A stretch of 64,000 bases of DNA. Source: a virus. Its lineage: Duplodnaviria; Caudoviricetes. Positions 9,280 to 15,511 of the stretch are shown here, piece by piece. The position numbers were made by a program, and so were the translations under genes. Under the pieces are notes generated by a model. The model saw only the letters and a list, made by a program, of their open reading frames with translations. It ran no database searches and was not told the DNA's origin. Each line of letters starts with the position of its first letter. Position 1 is the stretch's first letter. Location: IMG/VR virus record IMGVR_UViG_2974707348_000001, positions 32,001-96,000 of that record, one strand, 5' to 3'.

Positions 9280-9474
9280 ATGGATACAACAACTGCATTA
9301 AAAATAACAGCAACAGCTGTAATTGCGACACTCTTTGAGTATGGATGGTATAAGAGTGTCGAGTGGATTTCTGAATGGAATTATACATGTGGAGTGATAT
9401 GGTTATTAGTGACATTTGCGATACAATTATTTTTAGTTCTTAGATTTACTGGTGATTTTCTTGATTTATTTTAA
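9280..9474 (+). CDS. Small membrane protein
   Basis: AAGGAG RBS, two hydrophobic segments. Confidence 0.65.
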   Translation: MDTTTALKITATAVIATLFEYGWYKSVEWISEWNYTCGVIWLLVTFAIQLFLVLRFTGDFLDLF

Positions 9475-9483
9475 AGTTTATGC

Positions 9484-9512
9484 TTGACAAACATTAAAAG
9501 ATATGGTATAAT
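9484..9512 (+). promoter_or_regulatory. sigmaA promoter
   Basis: TTGACA-17-TATAAT with TG extension. Confidence 0.85.
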
Positions 9513-9537
9513 ATTTATATAACGCAAGGAGAGAAAC

Positions 9538-9963
9538 ATGGAAGAGAAATATATCGAATATCAAACAATGGTAGAAGAAATCATTCTAGGTCGTCGTATT
9601 GTTGTTATTGTTCCAGACAATATGCAAGATTATTCTAGGTTAAATAAAAAGTTAATTAACGATGGAGTTCATTATGAAAATCTATGGCTTGACTTACATA
9701 TGCCAAAAGACAGAATTAACATAATTAAATTAAGTACCTCCAATGGTCGTGAAAAACTTAAGCTTAAACCATTAACATTCTTAGTTGTTACAGACCCTTA
9801 TACTATGGAAGCTCTTGAAGTATATGCTGGTAAGAGTGATATTCTATATGTCGGTATGGATGGAAAAGGTAATTTATTAGATGTAACAGATAATTTAGAG
9901 TATATTTACGACAAATTCTTTCAGCCATTTCAATACTTTGAAGAAGTTCGAGGAGATTTGTAA
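9538..9963 (+). CDS. Hypothetical protein
   Basis: AAGGAG RBS. Confidence 0.7.
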   Translation: MEEKYIEYQTMVEEIILGRRIVVIVPDNMQDYSRLNKKLINDGVHYENLWLDLHMPKDRINIIKLSTSNGREKLKLKPLTFLVVTDPYTMEALEVYAGKSDILYVGMDGKGNLLDVTDNLEYIYDKFFQPFQYFEEVRGDL

Positions 9964-9997
9964 GATTAAATAATTTAAAAAAAATTCAACTTTATAC

Positions 9998-10026
9998 TTG
10001 ACATTATATCAAAATTATGGTATAAT
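9998..10026 (+). promoter_or_regulatory. sigmaA promoter
   Basis: TTGACA-17-TATAAT with TG extension. Confidence 0.85.
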
Positions 10027-10058
10027 ATTAATATAGTCAAGTGAGAGAGGTTGATTGA

Positions 10059-10658
10059 ATGAAAGAAATTGATTCAAAAGAGTTCTTTCCTATAAAAAGA
10101 TATGAAGGTATTTATGAAATCAATACTAACGGAGATATTCGTTCAGTAGATAGAATAATAACAACTAAAGGAAGCAATGGAAGGGGCTCTTACACTTCTC
10201 ATAAAAAGGGAGTTCCAATGAAGAGTTTTCAAAATGGTAGTGGTTATCTTCAAATTAGATTAAGTGTAAATGGTAAATGTAGAATGGAATATGTACATTG
10301 TCTTGTATATGATACTTTCATTGGTATCGAAGATAAGAAAAATGATATAGACCACTTAGACCATAACAAATTAAATTGTTCATTGAATAATTTAGAGGAA
10401 ATAACCCATAAAGAAAATATGAGAAGAATGCGTAAATTCTATGGTATAGAAGCTAAACCCAAAGAAAAGAAAAGCCGAAGAACTTATACATATGATGAAA
10501 TGAAGGAAGCTCTTGAAAGACTTAAAGCTGAACCAATGTCTAAGGTCTGTAAAGACTATGGAATTTCTGATAAAGGTTTATCAAAAAGACTTAAGAGTGT
10601 AGGTCTTCCATATCAAATGAAGGAAATAAATAAATACTTTAATAACAACTTCTTCTAG
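10059..10658 (+). CDS. Free-standing NUMOD4-HNH homing endonuclease
   Basis: YEGIYEINTNGDIRS (NUMOD4), VHCLV..F, IDHLDHNKLNCSLNNLE (HNH). Confidence 0.85.
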   Translation: MKEIDSKEFFPIKRYEGIYEINTNGDIRSVDRIITTKGSNGRGSYTSHKKGVPMKSFQNGSGYLQIRLSVNGKCRMEYVHCLVYDTFIGIEDKKNDIDHLDHNKLNCSLNNLEEITHKENMRRMRKFYGIEAKPKEKKSRRTYTYDEMKEALERLKAEPMSKVCKDYGISDKGLSKRLKSVGLPYQMKEINKYFNNNFF

Positions 10659-10667
10659 TTGTTATCT

Positions 10668-10740
10668 GCTCGGTTGGTGAAGCTGGATATCATGCAAAAT
10701 TTCTAATTTTGTGTCAAGGGTTCAAATCCCTTACTGAGTA
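10668..10740 (+). tRNA. tRNA-Arg (TCT)
   Basis: GCTCGGT/ACTGAGT acceptor, CAAAA-TTTCTAA-TTTTG, AAGGG-TTCAAAT-CCCTT. Confidence 0.85.
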
Positions 10741-10871
10741 TATCAAGTCAATCTTGATTGATTTCTTTATTAGATTAAATGAAGTGGTGGAGGTACAGAT
10801 GAATCTGTAACGTACACATGGGTTGGGGGTACGGTAAGTAGTGTAGCTTATCGCTCGACCATTTTTATTAA

Positions 10872-11217
10872 GGGGATGTAAAGGTTTCGACAGACTATGG
10901 CAATCTCAAATCACATTCCGACAGGGATAGTCGTAAAAACCAAACTAAATATAATTGCAAATACTCAATTAGCTGTAGCCTAAGCTACAAAAAAGTTTAA
11001 GTAATTAAACAGCTAGTAACTGAGACATCGGTAGGTCACTAGTACAAAACAGATGTGTGATGGATTCTGATAAGTCACGATTAACAATCAGAACAGAGTT
11101 AGTAGATAGTTGTTTATTCAAGAAACTAACAATGTGTATCCAATGAATAAACTATGAATGTAAGAAAGTTTTAAGATATGTATAGTTTGGACGCGGATTC
11201 GATTTCCGCCATCTCCA
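10872..11217 (+). ncRNA. ssrA: tmRNA, tag ANTQLAVA* at 10957-10983
   Basis: 5' GGGGATGTAAAGGTTTCGAC, 3' GCGGA-TTCGATT-TCCGC-CATCTCC-A with G3.U70; resume context ATAATT-GCA. Confidence 0.9.
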
Positions 11218-11259
11218 TCATGTTTTTAAAACATATTTAAAAAACATATTACTTTATAC

Positions 11260-11288
11260 TTGACAAACATTAAAAAATGTGTTATAAT
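11260..11288 (+). promoter_or_regulatory. sigmaA promoter for RNA island
   Basis: TTGACA-17-TATAAT. Confidence 0.85.
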
Positions 11289-11465
11289 AGTATATAGTGA
11301 TTATTAAATGAAATAGAGTGCGAGGTCAGTCATATCATTATGATAGTGGACTGAATGACTAGAGTAAAAAGACTAACAATCTTCTAGTCTTAGAATAGGC
11401 AAGTTCCGTTCAATGTCGCCCAAGATTTCGGTTGGAGAAACTGAGAAGACAGCTTTATTTCTAAA

Positions 11466-11538
11466 GGTTTGTTGGTGTAGTGGTTATCACGCTTGCCTGT
11501 CACGCAAGAGAACACGGGTTCGAATCCCGTACGAGCCG
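11466..11538 (+). tRNA. tRNA-Asp (GTC)
   Basis: CTTGC-CTGTCAC-GCAAG anticodon arm, canonical T arm. Confidence 0.93.
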
Positions 11539-11715
11539 TAGATAAGATAGTAATACGAGTCTTATCGCCCTCTAGGGTTCACTGTAATGCCTAGGGTAAA
11601 AGGCTTTAGCCTAGTCCAGTATGGTAGTTTTAGTAACTTTATAACAAAGTTCTAAAGTCATCGAGGATATTGGACTAATGTAACACTACTAAATGTTAGA
11701 AAGTTAGTAGTCAAA

Positions 11716-11777
11716 GGTTAACGAGTGGTAGCAGTAGTTATTAAATGTTCAGCTGATGAAGTGGACAGCCAAGTATA
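11716..11777 (+). repeat. 62-nt repeat, copy 1 (copy 2 at 13882-13943)
   Basis: 59/62 identical by direct comparison. Confidence 0.9.
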
Positions 11778-11905
11778 GGGTGCTTAGGATAATAATAAAG
11801 ATAGTCCTAATTGTTAAATGAGTAAAACTATCCAAGTCGACGGAAACTAACAGCCCTTTGTATATTATATGTCAGTGAACCTTTAACGTAGCTGGCATAT
11901 AATAA

Positions 11906-11977
11906 CAGGATATAGTGTTAATGGTAGCATGCGTGTTTTGGGAACATGTAGTGTTGGTTCGAGTCCAGCTATCCTGA
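11906..11977 (+). tRNA. tRNA-Pro (TGG)
   Basis: CAGGATA/TATCCTG, CGTGT-TTTGGGA-ACATG. Confidence 0.9.
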
Positions 11978-12183
11978 TGAGTGGTGTATAGTCCACACGT
12001 AAAGTGTCTAATCGGTGTACAACGTATGGCACAACTATACAAGCATGAGAGTATGATAAATACCTGACGGGTGTAGCTACTATTTGTTATAACTACTTAT
12101 GTTAGTTACCAGAAACCTAGTGTATTAAATGTCACAGGGTAAAGGATAGGAACAAAGACCTATCGAATAAGTGACAGCTGGTT

Positions 12184-12240
12184 AGAGTAATAGGTTGCAA
12201 CAGGTCACGACTGTGGAGGGTCCGAGTCCCTTCTGCTCTG
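12184..12240 (+). ncRNA. Degenerate mini-tRNA-like element
   Basis: AGAGTA/TGCTCT acceptor, GAGGG-TCCGAGT-CCCTT T arm, no D stem. Confidence 0.45.
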
Positions 12241-12300
12241 TTGAGGGAGCATAAACCTGGCGAAAAGTTATGTGGAGGAATAAACCTGGCGAAAAATTCA

Positions 12301-12358
12301 TCCGATATTATGGTTAAATAAAGGACGCTTTATGTTGGTTCGATTCCAACTGTCGGAT
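12301..12358 (+). ncRNA. Anticodon-less mini-tRNA
   Basis: TCCGATA/TGTCGGA acceptor, GG linker, ATAAAG-GACG-CTTTAT, GTTGG-TTCGATT-CCAAC. Confidence 0.7.
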
Positions 12359-12418
12359 ATAGGTGTTGCTTATTCACCGTATAATAAGCTAGAAAAGTAA
12401 GTATAGTAGGTAAATAAA

Positions 12419-12934
12419 ATGACAAATCCAATTCTAATCAAAGAATTAAGTTTTCAACTTAAAGAATATCGAGATATCTTAACAGATATTATTAAGTTAT
12501 CTGCACGTTCTGATGACCAAGCAAATTCAGCTAAAAATATATTATTTCAAATATTTTATCATACAGAATGGATGATTCAAATGTATGCTGGTAATTATGA
12601 AGAAAAACCATACGGAGACTCCGAAGATTTAAGTTTTAAAGAAGGAAAAGTTTCTCAAAATATTGTAAAATATATTATGGATAACTTCAAAGGTATTCCA
12701 CTTACAGAAGAAGGTTTGAGTAAGTTGACTAAGAAAGAAAAAGAATTTTTAAATCCTTTCGAAGACCTATTATCTATCACCCATAGAATGATAAGAGCTG
12801 TTGTAGATTATTCAGATAGTCATTCTGAAAGTAAAACTATAGACAGAACAGATGCACAACCTATGAGTATTTTATATTTCATTGATTCACTGAAAGAAAG
12901 AACTGCTTATGCTATGGAAAAAGAAGTATACTAA
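12419..12934 (+). CDS. Hypothetical protein inside the RNA island
   Basis: 171-aa ORF, weak RBS. Confidence 0.7.
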   Translation: MTNPILIKELSFQLKEYRDILTDIIKLSARSDDQANSAKNILFQIFYHTEWMIQMYAGNYEEKPYGDSEDLSFKEGKVSQNIVKYIMDNFKGIPLTEEGLSKLTKKEKEFLNPFEDLLSITHRMIRAVVDYSDSHSESKTIDRTDAQPMSILYFIDSLKERTAYAMEKEVY

Positions 12935-13073
12935 TTTAGGTGACTCACTACCTATACCCCAAATGTGAAGCTTAAAGGGGGTTAATAACACTATTCCCTA
13001 GGTTTGAATCCTTGAAAATTATCGGTAAGCGATGATTGCAAAATTCATAGTGGATGGAGCAAGAGTGTTTCAT

Positions 13074-13147
13074 TGGTTGGTAGCTCAGTTGGTAGTAGCA
13101 CTAGTCTCCAAAACTAGGTGTCGTGAGTTCGAATCTCACCCAATCAG
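13074..13147 (+). tRNA. tRNA-Trp (CCA)
   Basis: CTAGT-CTCCAAA-ACTAG, canonical arms. Confidence 0.92.
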
Positions 13148-13212
13148 TATGTAAGAGCTGTGCACAGTTACTTACAGAGTTAGGTCAAAGGATTAATTAA
13201 CCTTAACCAAAC

Positions 13213-13266
13213 GGCTTGTTTTTGGTAATAACATGCGTTAACTGAGTTCGATTCTCAGGCAAGTCT
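13213..13266 (+). ncRNA. Anticodon-less mini-tRNA
   Basis: GGCTTGT/GCAAGTC acceptor, TTTTGGTAA linker, TAAC-ATGC-GTTA, CTGAG-TTCGATT-CTCAG. Confidence 0.7.
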
Positions 13267-13322
13267 TATCAGTACCTTATCCGCTTAAGTAGAAATACAG
13301 CGCATTAGATAAGGGCGATTGA

Positions 13323-13394
13323 ATCCGTTTAGTGTAGTGGTAAGCACATCAGATTCCAAACCTGATAACGTGGGTTCGATTCCTACAATGGATG
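13323..13394 (+). tRNA. Second tRNA-Trp (CCA)
   Basis: ATCCGTT/AATGGAT, TCAGA-TTCCAAA-CCTGA (31-39 mismatch). Confidence 0.85.
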
Positions 13395-13607
13395 TTATAT
13401 GTGTGCAAGTCTCTCATAAAGGGAGATGGTGTTAAATGCGGAAGATGTCCGACAGCCATATAAAAACAACACAGCCAAAATACGACTCTATATAGATATT
13501 TTGGTTTGCAATCTTGGTGGTAATCGTTATAGAGACGGTAAGTCCGAAAATGATAGGGAAGGTGTTGTATGCCTATCTACGAGAGTGTTCAAGAAGCTCT
13601 CAATTAT

Positions 13608-13679
13608 ACAGGGTGGGTGGCAAGGAGTCGCATTAGTTTTATAGGCTAAATAAGAGCGGTTCGATTCCGTTACCCCGAA
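13608..13679 (+). tRNA. Degenerate tRNA-Ile (TAT)
   Basis: TTAGT-TTTATAG-GCTAA, AGCGG-TTCGATT-CCGTT; acceptor has mismatches. Confidence 0.5.
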
Positions 13680-13881
13680 TATTACTGAAAAGTAATTAAA
13701 AGGAACTTTGAGTAGTTCGCCTTTATGGAAACGGGTTGTTAGTGTATACCGCAAAAGAAAACTATCCGTTACTCTTTACGATATAAGAAGCTTAAAATCA
13801 TGTTTGGTCTTTGCATATCATTCCTAAAGACTAAGGTGTACTGATTGACGGTGCTTAAATGTTATAGAGTTGACAGCCAAT

Positions 13882-13943
13882 GGTTAACGAGTGGTAACAG
13901 TAGTTATTAAATGTTCAGCTGATGTAGTGAACAGCCAAGTATA
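13882..13943 (+). repeat. 62-nt repeat, copy 2
   Basis: 59/62 identical to 11716-11777. Confidence 0.9.
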
Positions 13944-14052
13944 CATTGGTCTTGATAGATAATGTGAAGGTTATATTAGCTAGTCTATGATATAACTCAA
14001 AAAACTACTTGCACAGTACTCGATTTGTAGTTTACCAATACACAATTTGGTT

Positions 14053-14129
14053 TCCCACTTCGTTTAAACATTGGAAGAAGACTGCCTATTCGAGAACAGG
14101 CAACCTCGGTTCGATTCCGAGGGTGGGGA
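14053..14129 (+). ncRNA. tRNA-like RNA with aberrant 10-nt anticodon loop
   Basis: TCCCACT/GGTGGGG, TGCCT-ATTCGAGAAC-AGGCA, CTCGG-TTCGATT-CCGAG. Confidence 0.6.
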
Positions 14130-14157
14130 TTTAATTTAAAATATTATTACTCATCTC

Positions 14158-14186
14158 TTGACAAACTCATTTGATTATGGTATAAT
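14158..14186 (+). promoter_or_regulatory. sigmaA promoter
   Basis: TTGACA-17-TATAAT with TG extension. Confidence 0.85.
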
Positions 14187-14224
14187 AATATATGTAAGTT
14201 AAAAAAACGTAAGGAGAACAAAAT

Positions 14225-14338
14225 ATGGGATGTTTAATTCCGATTGTATTAATTGTATTTTTAATCAATCCAGCTATGGGTTTAATGACAGCAATTATTT
14301 TATTGATTGTATTGGCACTAGCAAGTCTTAAAAAATAA
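14225..14338 (+). CDS. 37-aa hydrophobic membrane peptide
   Basis: AAGGAG RBS; MGCLIPIVLIVFLINPAMGLMTAIILLIVLALASLKK; not in ORF track. Confidence 0.7.
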   Translation: MGCLIPIVLIVFLINPAMGLMTAIILLIVLALASLKK

Positions 14339-14351
14339 GGAGAAAACACAA

Positions 14352-15008
14352 ATGACACAAAGTAAAACACTCACAGTACAAGAAGCACTTAATGAACTTA
14401 AAGTTCTTGACAAACGTATTGAACGTAAACTTGGAGACACTAAATATGTAGGTGTTGTTCAAGAAGACAAACTTGTTTATCCTGCATCATCAAAAGGTGA
14501 TAAAGATAAATTCATTTCAGAGGCAAAATCTAGTATTGATTCATTACTTGATTTGATTGCTTATCGTCATGCTTTGAAAGCTGGTGTATTGCGTTCTAAT
14601 GCGTTAACAGAAGTTGTAATTGGAGACAAAACAATGACAGTTGCAGAAGCAATTGATTATAAAACTTCAATCCAAAGTGAAAAAGATTTGGTTCAAACTC
14701 TTGTTAATGATTTGACTCAAGCGACAACTAAGGCGACACGTATTAATGAGGATATTGATAAGACTCTTGAAAAGAAACAAAATAGCTTGTTAAGCTCAGA
14801 CAAAGACGATAAAAATCCTGATATTATTAAATTCTTGAAAGAACAAGCTGAGAGCGAAAAAGCAACAGTTCTTGAATTGGAAGTTGGTAAAGCTCTTGTA
14901 AGTGATTACACCAAAGCTAAACTTGACTCAATTGAACAATTTGAACAAACAGTTGATTTCAAATTAACTGCATCAAATGTTGCAACAGAAATTACCGTTG
15001 AGTGGTAA
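14352..15008 (+). CDS. Coiled-coil protein (DIP1984/DUF6847-like by recall) upstream of a large ncRNA
   Basis: AAGGAG RBS; TVQEALNELKVL...MTVAEAI...SNVATEI; helical heptads. Confidence 0.75.
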   Translation: MTQSKTLTVQEALNELKVLDKRIERKLGDTKYVGVVQEDKLVYPASSKGDKDKFISEAKSSIDSLLDLIAYRHALKAGVLRSNALTEVVIGDKTMTVAEAIDYKTSIQSEKDLVQTLVNDLTQATTKATRINEDIDKTLEKKQNSLLSSDKDDKNPDIIKFLKEQAESEKATVLELEVGKALVSDYTKAKLDSIEQFEQTVDFKLTASNVATEITVEW

Positions 15009-15023
15009 TAATTAAGTTATAAT

Positions 15024-15399
15024 CATGTTATGACGAACAATCTAAAGTATAGATTTCCAGATAGTTCTGTTTTTCAGAGGTTCTTATAACTGGAAATAAA
15101 TAATAAATATGACGAACTTCTGATACTATAATATAATATAAAAATATGATGAATCTCAAAAAGAGAGGTTATGTATTCAAGACGGTAAGGATGAGTCCTT
15201 ATTCGTAGGAATAGATAAAAACTACTTCATAGATTATAGTTCAAAGCTCATGCTTTATAGCTTAGAGTTTATATCTTATATTGGATAATGAATCCAGTTA
15301 TAGATTAAGTTTGAAGATTTAAGTTTTCTTCAAAATCCTAGAGTTACGTTTTGTGACTTTCTATATCAGTTTGGTTGTACGCTAGGCTGTCATAACATG
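15024..15399 (+). ncRNA. Putative ~375-nt structured ncRNA with heptamer array
   Basis: 11-bp closing helix CATGTTATGAC/GTCATAACATG, internal hairpins, crossing pairings, no long ORF. Confidence 0.7.
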
Positions 15400-15401
15400 G
15401 T

Positions 15402-15438
15402 AAAATAAGGACTACTTCAGTAGTTCTTATTTTTTTTA
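15402..15438 (+). terminator. Intrinsic terminator
   Basis: AATAAGGACTAC-TTCA-GTAGTTCTTATT followed by T-run. Confidence 0.85.
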
Positions 15439-15448
15439 TACTTTTCTC

Positions 15449-15477
15449 TTGACAAAGCAAAATAGTTATGGTATAAT
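15449..15477 (+). promoter_or_regulatory. sigmaA promoter
   Basis: TTGACA-17-TATAAT with TG extension. Confidence 0.85.
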
Positions 15478-15511
15478 ATATTATAACCGATTGAAAGGAA
15501 TGGTATTAACA

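Noticed and set aside
11310-11461. Lysine riboswitch resemblance (AGAGTGCG start)
   Set aside because: Other core motifs are missing, and the downstream gene is a tRNA.
13426-13754. ORFs 13426-13644 (+) and 13527-13754 (-)
   Set aside because: They overlap a tRNA-like gene and structured RNA and give no recognisable protein.
11690-15330. CRISPR array or type III antitoxin repeats
   Set aside because: No regularly spaced 25-40-nt repeats, with or without unique spacers, and no cas genes.
15449-15499. TTG start of topoisomerase B at 15449
   Set aside because: This TTG is the -35 box of the promoter; the real start follows the RBS.
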